A stretch of DNA of 56,730 nucleotides, the filler included, from Sphacelaria rigidula (lineage: Eukaryota): NCBI GenBank assembly GCA_964200075.2. It is 7 parts of 7 records of this genome, joined end to end, with 100 filler letters (N's around TTAATTAATTAA, not from the genome) between each part and the next. Parts side by side here need not be neighbours in the genome. Positions count along the whole stretch, not along the records: positions 32,477 to 40,494 come from CAXNAA020012615.1; positions 40,595 to 48,612 come from CAXNAA020012616.1; positions 48,713 to 56,730 come from CAXNAA020012617.1; 4 more parts are not named here. One strand, given 5' to 3'. Position numbers and translations under genes: made by a program. Numbering within the stretch: the first letter of the stretch is position 1; every line of letters begins with the position of its first letter. The notes beneath the pieces are model-generated. The model was not told the origin of the DNA. It saw only the letters and a list, made by a program, of their open reading frames with translations, and searched no databases. Positions 37,330 through 49,656 of the stretch are shown here, piece after piece.

Positions 37330-38450
37330 TCTTATCTTCAATGAGCAATGCTACGGTAGGGGTGCACTTTTTGCGCAAAATCTTGTCTGGTGCACAAGAA
37401 TATGGGCCAGGGTATTCCCGTTTGCAAATTCATTTGCGATATCCCTAGCACATTGGAATAGCAATCCTGGTGTACTCTCGCATATTTTATAAGTCATGTT
37501 TTGGATTAGATAAAGGGCTCTAGAAAATTCCAACTCAAGAAAATATTTGTGCATCCCTACCGTAGCATCACTCCAATCTGCCACATCCATGGTGGTGCGG
37601 GTGGAGATATATTTCAGGCAAGCCTTGAACTTGTCAGGGAGCTGCCGTAGAGGAAGAGCAAGGCGTTGGATCTTCTGCGTGGTTGCAGAAGCGTGGTGAT
37701 GAATTTGTATTGTTACTCGGCTTCATATTCGAGATACATTTTCTCACGCATGGTAATGTTGACCATGCAACTATGCATGGTGAACGGAGGAGGGCGCAGA
37801 AGAATAGGCAGCATAGGAGGTGTGGCTGTTGTCTCCTAGCTCTTGTTTTTCGAAGCTGTGGTTACTGTAGTATGTAGGTGGGTGGTGGAATGGCCTTGGA
37901 TGATGTTGGTAGACCCGGGACGATCTTGTGCGTTCATGGCAGCGGCTGAGTGAGTTTTTGTTTCAGTGGTGTTTTCGTCCATGGAGTGCTCGTATATGTT
38001 CAGACGGGAACTTTGACCATCAATTGCGAGGGACAGGGTACTAGGAGGAGGTAGTTGGGAGGATACCGTCTGTTACATCTCAGGACAAAGGAATCGGTAT
38101 ATGATAGGTTCGAGCTGAGTCAGTCTTCGAAAGGGATTGAAGCTCTTACAGCCATATGTATGTCATCGACACAGACGACTTGGGCCGCGATCCGCATATG
38201 TCTTAATGATCGTCTCATCAAAGGGACAATGCCCATCTGCTCAAAAGCCTGGGCCAATTTTTCTCGTCGATTGAACGCCGTGTCGAGTATTTCCTATACC
38301 GGACGGAGAAAGGGTTCATACTCAACAAGTCTGTTTGAAACCCCGAACTATTTATACATTGGATGATGGTGATCTTTGGTGCGAACATCCCGTGGAGCAC
38401 GGGGAAACGATCGATACCCTCACCTTCACCCAATTCGTGATCTATCTAGA
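37330..38450 (-). pseudogene. Decayed retroelement-derived coding fragments
   Basis: 37351-37590 is homologous to 54520-54790 (SDATV..KY.L.LE...AL.LIQ...Y...E.TPGLLFQCAR). 38130-38255 is homologous to 32270-32376. Multicopy, intronless and containing stops. Confidence 0.45.
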
Positions 38451-39103
38451 GGTATGTTGCACATGAGATTCCACTCTAAACTCAATATATTACGGGCGGA
38501 GGCACCGGAAGTCTGATCTGGATTTCGCGTCTCAGTTTTGAGGGCTGTGCTTTGAAAGTTGGTATGGAGAATCGCCAGGGCATGATAAGAAACTAACGTC
38601 AGCTCCTCGAAATTTTGCTTTTTTTCGTTGAATACACCTCATCATGTCTTACGGGCGTTCTAGTCAAAAATGGACAGTGTGGCCCTTATCTCAGTTTCTC
38701 AGCTCAATTTTTAGAATTGTGATTCAAAGTTGAGAATGGAGAATCGCAAGGATATACTGACAACAAAAACAAAAAAGTCGGTCTTCATTTGATTTTTATT
38801 GGTGACTTGAGGATGTTGTTGTGAGGAAATCATCTCTACTAAACTTGAACGCCCTGCATTCATCGAATAGAGAAATCAAGGTGTCCCATGTTTTTCATTT
38901 TATGCCCTAGCGATTTCCCACACACAAAATTGAAGGCACAGGTACCAAAACTGGGTTGGCAAGTGACCAAAATACTGTTTCAAATTTCGACCGGCCCTGG
39001 TTCTACATCGTCGATGATTCATAACTCAATTTCGAGAGTTTAACTTTCACATGCAGTATGGAGAATGAACAGCGCATGATGAAGAAAAAAAGGCTTGGGA
39101 CGT

Positions 39104-39547
39104 AACACGGGATTTTACAAGTTGAGGATGATTAGTTTTGGGGATGAGAAACCCGGACAATTAGAATATTCTTATCCACACGGAATCTTCGAAATATGGT
39201 TATATTTCCTTACTTGCTGGTAGCTATTGAAAAATACTACACGCCGTACAAATTTCGATTTCGATAACCGAAATATTGGGGTCCTGGGTGGAAAAATAAT
39301 TTTGGGAATTTCGGCGATCTGATTGGATCATCTAAATTCCCCAACTTTTTGTCTTCACCTAGCAAGCACCCCAACATGTCGGTTATCAGGATCCAAACTT
39401 GTATGGCGTGTGGTAAATATCAATAGCTACCAGTAGTTGAAGGAGTGGAACTATAATTCGAAGATTTTGTGTGGGTACGGAGATTTGAATTCTCCGGGAT
39501 CTCATCCTCAATAAAAAATCCATTCCTCATCTGAAAAATCCCGTGTT
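39104..39547. mobile_element. Fold-back MITE, family B
   Basis: Terminal IR (GT)AACACGGGATTTT ... AAAATCCCGTGTT(AC); palindromic body. Confidence 0.85.
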
Positions 39548-39761
39548 ACCTGAAGATTGTTTTAGAGTTGGTTTTATTATTCGCTTCAACTTGACCATTG
39601 TTCATTCTCTGTGTGCTTTTCTTCGCCTGTAACACTGGCGTGTGCTTACAGCTACACGTTAATATCCTACTCAGGGATATCAAGGGCTTCAATGGCAAGC
39701 CACTATACAAAGCCTATCGGTCCTCGCGGAGGGGGCATTTCGGAACTGAAAATATCCATGT

Positions 39762-39875
39762 AACAGCCTGGATCCCTTTTTGAGGTTCAACATTTGGGTG
39801 AGGGTCAACACGAAAACAGTGCTTTCCCTGACCTAAATTCATGATCAATAAATTTCATATGGACGACCTCATTTT
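39762..39875. mobile_element. Truncated fold-back MITE, family A (one arm)
   Basis: AACAGCCTGGATCCC...GAAAACAGTGCTTTCCCTGACCTAAA...CATATGGACGACCTCAT matches 33412-33525. Confidence 0.75.
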
Positions 39876-40202
39876 TTTTTCCAAACCCCATTTTTGAGAA
39901 TCCACTGTTAACAGCCGACAAAAATCTTCCAATGTTTTGGTTTTTGGTTAACCGTTCCCGAAAATATGTGATTTTCGCGAGGGGTGTGAGCAACATATCA
40001 ATGTTCAACCAACCCCCTTTTCCAGGATTATCATCATACTAAAGTGAGATGTGATCAAAAGGGATTAAGATAGGGCCCAGGGAAATTCACACAGACGCGA
40101 AACAAAAGAAAATAAGAGAAGGGGGGACAACGGATATACTACGAGCTGGCCCAGCTGACAGTGGGTTTTGAACGAAGTGTGGAGATATGCTATTGGTAAT
40201 TC

Positions 40203-40494
40203 GCCGCCGCGCCCCGGTGGTGTAATGGTCCGACTGTCGCCATTAGGGTGAAGAGAATGGGGGTTAGATTCCCGACACGTTGGGTTTTTTCTTCGTAATG
40301 TATCATTTCCACTGTGGAAAGCGTGGGAACGTGAGTAAACGAAGTAGTCGACTGGGGTTGTGTGACGTGAGTTGATGCGGTGCGGGAGTGTTGACCCAAT
40401 CCGCGAAACCGCAAAATGAAAGGCGCGTACCGGGGGAGAGATGGGTTGATCCCTTGAGACCAAGGATTCATCCCGAGGAAGGGGAGGGGATCAA
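40203..40494 (+). mobile_element. tRNA-derived SINE
   Basis: A-box TGGTGTAATGG, B-box-like GGTTAGATTCC and shared 3' body. Highly similar to 41547-41875. Confidence 0.8.
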
Positions 40495-41546
40495 NNNNNN
40501 NNNNNNNNNNNNNNNNNNNNNNNNNNNNNNNNNNNNNNTTAATTAATTAANNNNNNNNNNNNNNNNNNNNNNNNNNNNNNNNNNNNNNNNNNNNCCCCCC
40601 CCCCAATCGTTTTGTATAATGTATGGGAGAAACGTAATGAGCACCCAAATGTTGGAGGTGTTTCGATGAGGAGTAGGAACGGTACTCTGTCTAGAAAGGG
40701 ATGCGTGGTCAATGGTCAAACGACTGAGGCAAGCAACGAATGAGTACGCCCCTACCCATACCCCCGTCCTCCCCCGTCCCCTCTTGTCTTCTCGCACGAC
40801 GTTGTGGCATGGCAAGGTCGCCGCGTTTCGGGAAGCGGTTCGGCTTGAGGGTTGTAAATGTGTGGGATCGAGGGGGAATGAGCGTCTAAAACAACGTTGC
40901 GGGTAGAGGTTCCCGTTCAAAGTTCCTGACCTGCGGAGATTGCGGATGCTACGCTTGGTCGCTGTAAAGTACTAGTACTGAAGTGTTGGCCCATTCCGCG
41001 GAAAGCTACTTTAGCGCTGTTCGCGCTTGTTAGTCCTTTGAGTGGTTGCGCACAGTCGCTCCGACAAATACGAGCCACGTCTTGGCACCAGGAATCCCCC
41101 ATGTTCCCCCGCATGTATCCGTACGTATTGCCTCGCATGCCGTATACACCATTCCGCTTGTGGCGCGGCATGCCTCTGACGGCGCTGGCTGACATGGAGC
41201 GGACATTATTTGGGTCACGGCGAGGCTTGTTGGCTCCCCCCCCTCGTCGGTCACTTGTGACCACAGACTGATAGCACAGGGTGGGTACTCGACATCTTGT
41301 CTTCCACAAGAAGATCCCGAGCGTTCTATCCGCTTCCTTCGGATTCCTGGTACGCAAGAGTAAATTGGTAGTATATCATTCACCCGACAGCTCACATGGA
41401 AGATACATCTGTTGTACAAGCTCAGAGGTCACTTTCCTTCATGACATCTGAAACGCGATCGCACAAAACTCACGCTGAACTACCTAGCATATACTACCAA
41501 TGCATGCACAAGCAGGGCTCGCTAGCAGCCATATTGTAGGACTCAG

Positions 41547-41875
41547 GTCGCCGCGCCTCGGTGGTGTAATGGTCCGACTGTCGCCACTAGGGTGGAGAGA
41601 ACGAGGGTTCGATTCCCGATTCGTTGGGGTTTTTCTTCGTAATGTCTGATTTCCACTGTGGAAAGCGTGAGAACGTGAGTGAACAAAGTAGGCGACTGAG
41701 TTTGTTTGACGTGAGTTGACGCGGTGCGGGAGTGCTGACCCAATCCGCGAGACCAAAATGTAAGACGTGTACCGGGGGAGAGGTGAGATCATCCCTTGAG
41801 ACCACGGACTGATCTCGAGGGAGGGGAGGGTTTCCAAGTGCGACAAATAAAAACAATAATAATGAAAAAAAATAA
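41547..41875 (+). mobile_element. tRNA-derived SINE, near full length
   Basis: A-box TGGTGTAATGG (41562-41572), B-box GGTTCGATTCC (41606-41616), conserved body and A/AAT-rich tail. A head-only copy lies at 37148-37189(-). Confidence 0.85.
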
Positions 41876-42890
41876 GGTTATGCCCGTAGCCTCACACAAT
41901 AGCGCGATCTTTGCTCTTCGTGGGCTCGTCTTCCGCTCAGTCATTCCACTCGCGGCGATAAGGTATCAAGCTGAGACTTGCTACCGAGCGGGTATGTACT
42001 AGCCGTGCCGAGCAAGTAAAGTCGTCTCAGTAGGTGCTGTGGTGCTGTGGAGTAGAGGTGTCGCCAACTCTGCGCGGGGTGTTCGGGCGGAGACACAAAC
42101 ACTACAGTAGAAGCAGGACTAGTACTGTATTGCAGCAGCAGCTATCCATCCACAGTGTTGCGAATCACGGCTATGCAGCTGCTCCTATCCATCTTGCCAA
42201 GCATGCTCCGCGAAAATCATATGATTCAAGCAGTCAACAGTCTGTGCCTGATGAGACTGTGTTCCTTCGCCTCGAGAGAGAGAGAGCCAACAGCGGCAAG
42301 TCAGGAAGAAACGTGCGACGAAGAAAACTGGGTGATGGTTCCGCTTGGTCATTGCCCATTCTTCAATGTTTCCTTTCTGTTGTAGAGCTGGTAGGGGTAC
42401 TGCGCACTGGACACGCGTGTCCATCGTTGGAATATTGCCCGAAAATGCCCGAAAAACATATGCTGCAGCGACCACGTGATGACTGCGTGCATGAGAAGCT
42501 ATACACCGCACAACTCTGTAGCATGCAGGGAATAGCCAGGGGCGCCTCTGTGGGAGGCCCTGAAAAAGTAAAAGTGTTGATTTTTTGTATAAACCTCGTA
42601 GCGCACACTATTTCTGCGATGAGTGTCACTTGACTAACATTTTCAGCGTTCATTTCGTAGGCGATTACTCGTCGAAATATTTGCTACATACGTTTCTGTA
42701 GTTTATAACTCTTATCACCGCGCTGCAATCATACTATCGTTCAGTCGAGCAACCTGACGTATGTAGATTGAATATGCCCACGTAGCCAGATCGCATGCTC
42801 GTTGTTGTTTTCATGGTAGCGTGCTCAACGTTCAACTTTCAGTGCCCATTTGCCTGCTGTTATCATATTCCTCGCGTGTCGCGTTCGCAG

Positions 42891-45800
42891 ATGCGGGCGG
42901 AGAGAGAAGGGGTGGGATGGCACAGAACAGGCTCAGGGATCTGTTACTTCAAAAACCAGCTCACGAGGGCCAAGACAAAACCGTTCTATACGTTGACGTT
43001 CAGCTTTCAAACCGACTACGAGGACGATACCGTCTACCTCGCCCATTGCTTCCCCTACAGGTGCAGTACTCTCTTCATTTCCATTGCCGCTCCATAGGAT
43101 ACACGCCATCCTTACACTGTATACCACCCTCTCATTCGCATTCCTGGATGGTTAACTTTCGTCGATTTTCGGAACCAAAGCGGTACCTCCAGCAATGTGC
43201 CGCAAAACGGGTACTATTCTCCCTAAGATCTTTCCCCCGGGTGAAACGTTTTCAAGCTTCTTGAACTCCATTCCCAGGGGCTGGTATGCACACCCCTTCA
43301 CCATACAATTGTAATTTCGCCACACTTTAAACCCCTCCCCCTCCTCGGGATGACTGTGCGGTCTCAGGGGTCTCAGGGCATTAACCCATCTCTCTACCCC
43401 CGGTACACACCTTACATATCGGTATCGCGGATTGAACAATGACCAAAAACTCCCGCACAACGTCTACTCTCGTCAAAAACGTTTTTGGCTACTCACGGCC
43501 TTCCGGGAATCGAACCCCCATCCTTCCGAACCCACTACTTCGGTTGGATCACTTAGCCTCAGCCTTAGCCCACCGGAGCACGGCGGCCCAAAGTACTCAA
43601 GTACGGTATCCACGGTCAGGAGTGCTTGACTCGAGATTGAGGGGGGGCGGGGGTCGGGCTAGGTCTGGCGCTCGCTAGATACTGTTAAGATCATGCTCAA
43701 TGCCAAAGTCAGCAAGGGTTCAGGTTAGCCTTGCCAGTACCATAGTCGTGGGAAGATTTTTCAGGCATGTGTTGGTTGTTTCCGATCACTCAGACTTTGC
43801 CGCCTTCGGCTTGACGGCAGACCTATGTATCGTGTAATTGACCTCTACTCATTTGCCGCCTCATTTGAAAGCAAGAATATTCATTTGCTTTTTTCACTCG
43901 TTCTGCCTGAACGCCAGCAGCACAAAGTTCAATTCGTCAATGAGAGAGGCTACCGTCTCATCCCGTCTCATATGGGTGTTGGAAGTAAGCCCTTATTGTT
44001 GCTTTATCCTTTTTATATTATCCGTCCATGATACGTTCCCAAGGTATACAGATCTGGAGCAATACCTGTCCGAGATGGAGAACTCGGCTTTGGGCAAGGC
44101 CAACGCCATTCGAAGGCGAACGCTGTGTCAGACACTCGCCGGGAACGACTGCGATATGCTCACCATCACGTCGCCCAGTGGGCCAGCAGATCATGGCGCC
44201 ACAGATCAGGGCTCCAAGAAGGGTATCGTCATTTCTGCTAGGTGTGAATCGGTGCGAATCGGTGCGAATTGACTTGACTGAGTGTCTACGTGTATAGTAC
44301 TTTGGGTTACTCTGGCTTTTGCCCCGCTTCCCGCGGAAGAGATGTTTCATGCCGGGTAGGAGGACCAGGAGCACGTGGGCTCAGCTCTATGCTCAACCGC
44401 AGTGTGATGAGGTTTTTTCAGGACGTTGTGTGTGTAATCTTCCCCCATACTTCGGGGCGAGCCTGTGGGGTTAGCCAATCGTTCCCCCGGTACCTGCCTG
44501 GCACTATATTTTCGGACATTAGATGATGACTACCTATATATCATGACCATCACCTTTCCCGAAGCCAGTTGATGATCATGGAATTATTTTTCCACTTGTC
44601 GTTCTCAGGTTTTGAAGGACGGAGAAAATGATGATGCTACTGTTCATGTGTCATTCACTACTCACGGGGGGCACAAGCGGGATTTGAGGCGACTTGCGAC
44701 TTCATCACCCGTTTTTTTTTTCGTCATTCTTCCTCCGCGTCACAAATTATTAGTGGGCCAAGATGGATACCCTCGTTTTCGTCATCACGTTCGACTTTTG
44801 AAGCAGACAAGTACAATTGTCCACACGCGTATAGAAGACAACAACCCCCGACCTTCCAACGCCCCTGTCTGATGATGAAGGTCTGCTGCGAAACGTCACG
44901 TGCCGATGTCGAAGCGCAGTACCTGATCGACAAAGTTCGTGTACCGCCTCAATGACACCAGGGTACACCCTGGGGAGACAAACGCCTCCTGGATGATGAA
45001 AGGCGTATTGGACTTCCTCCAATCCGACAGCCGGCAGGCCAGGGCACTTCGTGACAAGTTCGTGTTCAAGATTGTGCCCATGCTCAATCCAGACGGGGTG
45101 ATTGTGGGGAATTACCGCTGCTCCCTGGCGGGGGGTGATCTCAACCGTCAGGTGCGGGAAATATGTGCGATTTTGACCAACACCTTCCGGGATCGAGAAA
45201 AAGGGAGCCACATTTTGGTCGTTGTATTATCTCTATTTTTGCTTTTTTTGGGCTTTCATTCACGTTTTTTCTTGATTTGATTGATTTGATTGATTTTCAT
45301 TGCGTTCCGGACGCAGAACACCACCCGGTTCATGCCATTACTTTACACACCTTGTCGTTAAGTGGGCGATATTTGTCGCTCCCTGCCGTCCGTTGCCTCA
45401 TGGCATGAATCCCTCATGTCATGAAGTGCGCTTTGCTTCTTCCGCCGCTGCTTGTAATTGCAACTGGTTCTTGGCCCTTGCTTCTGTAGGTCATTGCCAC
45501 AAGTTTTTTCTTCACTCCTCCACAGATTCTTGGTTCTAAACGCCCCCCCCTCCCCCTTCCTCACGAGAATGGTCCGGTGAAACCCCGGTGTGATCCGTCC
45601 CGACTTTGTAGGGATGCGTGATCAACGGTCATATGACTACGGCATGCGAGATCATGAGTGCACCCCCTCCCCCCCTCATGAGTCCCTCCCATGAGTTCTC
45701 CCCTGTGGGGGTTGGTGGCGGTTGGCAATGACGCTGTACAGCGCGTCACTTACTGCGTAAACCAGGCAATCAGGTTACTGTTTTAGTTTCTTGCTTTTTT

Positions 45801-47793
45801 TTGCGATCACGGTCATGGTGGTGGTGGTCGAGTTACATCGCACTGGGGGGGGTGGAGAACCTCAGCTCCATGCAAAGGAGATGATCGTACTACGTAGTGT
45901 TAAAATTGGGAGACATCCATGAGGGAGTGTGTAGCTCGTGGCTGTCTCCGGAAGTGGCGATACCAGAAAATGGACCAAGTCATTGTAGGCTGTCATTCAG
46001 TTGCAAGATAATCAGTAAGCTTCGCACCGAAGAATCTTAGCAGATGCATGTCACCGTTCATGCGACTCGTCGAATACATCACACCACGGCGCTTCGATCT
46101 TGGTGATTGCGAGCCTGGTCCGGTGAAAACCCGGCGTTCTCCGTCCCAGCTTTTGTAGGGATGCGAGGTCAATGGTTATATGAATAGGACATGCAACATC
46201 ATGAGTACACCCCCCCCATGGGTCCCTCTGCCATTCCAACAAAAGGCTTTAGGGGTAACCTTTTGCGCGGGCTAGTGATGAGGACTCTCTCATATTCTCG
46301 TTGGCGATCTTTCATCTCCCTGCATGTGGGCTTCCATCGCCAGTGCGTCCTATCGGATGGATCCTCGTATTACAATGACACGATCCTCAAGTTGTCTTGC
46401 GCCCCACGGCTTCACCGCCCGTTTTACCGTCTGAGCTGATTTGTTCTGGCGGTATTCATGACCGGACGTTTGACCCCGTGGTGGACGATTTCACTCACGA
46501 CGTCACGGTGAAAAGAGCGCTCCATCTTCCGCATACTCTGGCGGAAATTGTGATTTTTTGTTGCTATTCTTCACGTCATGCCATTTTTTCAACTACTTCA
46601 TGCTTTTTCTCTAGCTTCTCCTGGTTTTTACAGTTGCTAATACCTCTTGTAACCAGTCACGTTGATTGATTGATTGATTGACAGTTGCGCATGAACTGGT
46701 CATTATCCACAAGAGGGGTCCAGCCATGGTCACTAGATGGACTTACCCAATTGAACAAACCGAAACACTCGCTAAGATGAACTCGAGAAGTGAGAAAATG
46801 AAGAAAGAAAGATGGGACAAGGGGCGTGAACGGAACGGAAACACAAAAAAAAAAACAAATCAGATGGGAAAAAAAACAAAAGAAACGAGAGAAGAAAAAG
46901 GGAGGGAATGAGAATCGAATGGAGCGAAATGAACGGAGAGCAGAAACACGGACAACCGGTCCCGGTGAAATCAGTAAAAATGATGACAAGAAAAAAGGGA
47001 AACGATGGGCATGGAACAAGAAATGGTCAGCCATGGCAGTTAGGACAAAAGTCCGTGCGAAAAGTTAAAAAAAAAAACGTGTAGCACCCAGTGGTGTACT
47101 CATGTGACTACCCGTGTTTTATTTTCGCTATCGCCGATGGTTGCTTTTCATGTATCTGCTATGCTTGGTTTTTGGCGACTGTCTTGTTTTCTGCACACCC
47201 GACAGTACGAGGACCCAAAGCGCGAGCTCTTTCCCGAGGTGGTGAATTTGAAGCAGATGATCGCCAACTTCGGCATGGGCAAAGAGGTGGGTATTGTTGA
47301 TATTGATTCGGCAGATCGTGTTCTGGCGGCCGTTGCAGATGACGCTACCACGGTTTCATGTACAATGACGGTGTGTGCTGCGCTGCCTGCGGATGGTCGA
47401 ACATTACACCCGCTCTTCCTGAGTACCTTGGTCGGCCTGAGGTAATGCGCTTTGCGTCTCATGGTGTGTGCGTTTGGTATGCTGGCTGATTGGTGGCATG
47501 CGGTGCTGGAGGTTAACCTTGACGTGCACGCCAAAGACAAACGGCACTTCATGCTGGAAGCCGAAAAAGCCCAAACTCTGAGTCTAACCCTAACCCTAAC
47601 CCCAACCCGGACTCTCTGTGACTTGAAGGTGATACTGTATGTCGACCTCCACGGGCACTCAAAGAAGAGTAATATCTTCATGTACGGGGTGGAAAATCCA
47701 ACGGACGAGAGCCTATACATGACGGAGCGGGTGATTCCCACCCTGCTCGACCGGACCAGCGCGCTCTTCAGTTTGAAGGATTGCAGCTTCGAC
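42891..47793 (+). CDS. Cytosolic carboxypeptidase (M14D Nna1/CCP/AGBL family, tubulin-deglutamylase-like), partial; exons 42891-43060, 44044-44241, 44962-45151, 47206-47286, 47629-47793
   Basis: 268 spliced codons with phase-compatible GT-AG introns. Motifs: GWHRTG...YTLTF...[38 protein letters not shown] (Zn ligands H and E), [45 protein letters not shown] (third Zn ligand). The N-terminal exons and the catalytic-Glu exon lie outside the contig. Confidence 0.93.
43320..43590 (-). mobile_element. tRNA-derived SINE in a CCP intron
   Basis: The reverse strand has GGGGTTCGATTCCCGG and the shared 3' body (gtgtaccggggtagagagatgggttaat...catcccgaggaggggaggg). Confidence 0.65.
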
Positions 47794-48765
47794 GTGAGTG
47801 CCCATATCCCAAAAACTAGTTATCGTGTGAGCTCCCGTGCTCCCACACAAACCACGTTCTTCGACGTTGACTAGACCATGACGGGTCAGACTGTCCACGT
47901 GGCTGTCCGACAGTCGCAACCAGCACGGCCTTCTACCTTGAAGAGGTGAAGCTTTTGGACGCGAGCATCCCAGCTCCCAACCTGCACGGCTCTTTAGATT
48001 GGAGCGACAGTTGTCGCGATGTCCGGCGTAATTTCTGACGATGGAAATTGGTGCATGTGCACCGTTCAATTTCGATGATCAACTTTGTCAATGTGAGGAC
48101 ACTACACGAGCCATTTTGTTGTCTCAAGCCTCTCTCAAGCCTCTCTCAAGCCTCTTGGAAGTCGCGAAAAACAATACAAACTCCCATATTTTAGCTTTCG
48201 TCACCGGGGAAACGTCACTTCGAGTTCGGTGCACGAATCTGTCACATTAATATACTTGAACTTAGGTGGGCTGCATCATCGGTACTTGTCGAAAAACAAC
48301 AATCACATCTTGCCTCAGAAAACGTCAATTGTAAATCGTCATTATTCCATCAACGGTTCCGAAAGGGTTCAAAGTGTGCCCTTCCGCGTGATTGAGACAT
48401 TTAGATACGGGTAACCACCCTTCTGACCGTGCTTACTTGTCGTTCCTGGCTTCGATGTGAATCCCTCAACTTCGGCGGTGGTGTAGCTGCGTAGCTAGGA
48501 GGACTGTCGTTTGTTCACATGCCCATAATTGCACGGTCAGGACGAATCACCACGACGAAGAATCACCAAATTCACGATTTCTTCGGCCTGATTGCCTGAA
48601 AGGGAGAAGAAANNNNNNNNNNNNNNNNNNNNNNNNNNNNNNNNNNNNNNNNNNNNTTAATTAATTAANNNNNNNNNNNNNNNNNNNNNNNNNNNNNNNN
48701 NNNNNNNNNNNNAATTTCGAGCAACAAATGGCCCAAAACACCCCCCCCCCCCTACCGTAGGATGA

Positions 48766-49338
48766 GTCTAAAGTCATGACCAACGAATTTCATATGGACA
48801 ACCTCATGCTTCCCGACCTCCTTCAAACGAGTCTTGTGGGTTGCCCGTCTTCCGTGCCCCCAAAGTGTATATGCGAAAGCACCAATTTCGGGCTAAAAAC
48901 GTCCCCTTTTTCGCCCCGATATCGAGCGAAAAGGTGCTTTCGCACATACGCTTTGAGGGCACGGAAGACGGACAACCCCCGAAAAACGTTTTAAGGAAGT
49001 CGGGGGGCATGAGGTCGTCCATGTATTGCGTGAAAGGATCGCGTGCTTGGAGGACCGCATCGGACTTTGAACATCCCTATGGTTAGGGTTAGGGTTAGGG
49101 TTAGTGTTGGGGTTGGGGTCAGGGGCGTGGTACCTGCAGGGCCTGGCACGATTGGTTTTGGAAAACGTCGATCGTGAGGTGCTTCGAGCCTCGGCGCGGT
49201 CATCTAAGCACGCGGTCCTCTCACGCATTACAGTCCATGTGAGATTCATTGGTCATGACTACAGGTCAGGGAAAGCACTGTTTTCGAATTGAAACTCATC
49301 AAGATGTTGAACTTCAAAAACGGATCCAGCAGGCTGTT
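48766..49338. mobile_element. Fold-back MITE, family A, left end truncated, carrying a nested insertion
   Basis: Colinear with 33480-33834; ends GGCTGTT at 49338. Confidence 0.8.
49022..49232 (-). mobile_element. Small TIR element (211 bp) with internal (TTAGGG)n, 5-bp TSD GTCCA
   Basis: TGTATTGCGTGAAAGGATCGCGTGCTT ... AAGCACGCGGTCCTCTCACGCATTACA. GTCCA at 49017-49021 and 49233-49237. Sister copies at 52341-52563 and 52888-53030. Confidence 0.8.
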
Positions 49339-49656
49339 AATGGTTGTTCGAACACGCGTGTTACTGGTAAGCAGCGCTCATTCATACTGATTGACACCGT
49401 TTTCACCCTGGTACAAGCTCCCCGCCAGTGTGTTCGGTCGTCTGAGACATCCATGAGCCCTTTTTGTCGTGGAAGCAAACAACCCCCCCGCCTTTCGTAG
49501 CATGGCTCAGAAGTGGATCTGAGGAAATAGGTATTTCGTGGTTCCTGATTCAGTAGAACTCGTTCGTGCGATGTCACAGAACACGCTTATCTCACTTCCC
49601 TGTTCCACGACCACCCATTCACGCGACAATGTCTTGGCGCACTGAACGATTTATAG

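Noticed and set aside
41547..41625. SINE heads as genuine tRNA genes
   Set aside because: A and B boxes are present, but there is no convincing cloverleaf and they continue into a multicopy body with an A-rich tail.
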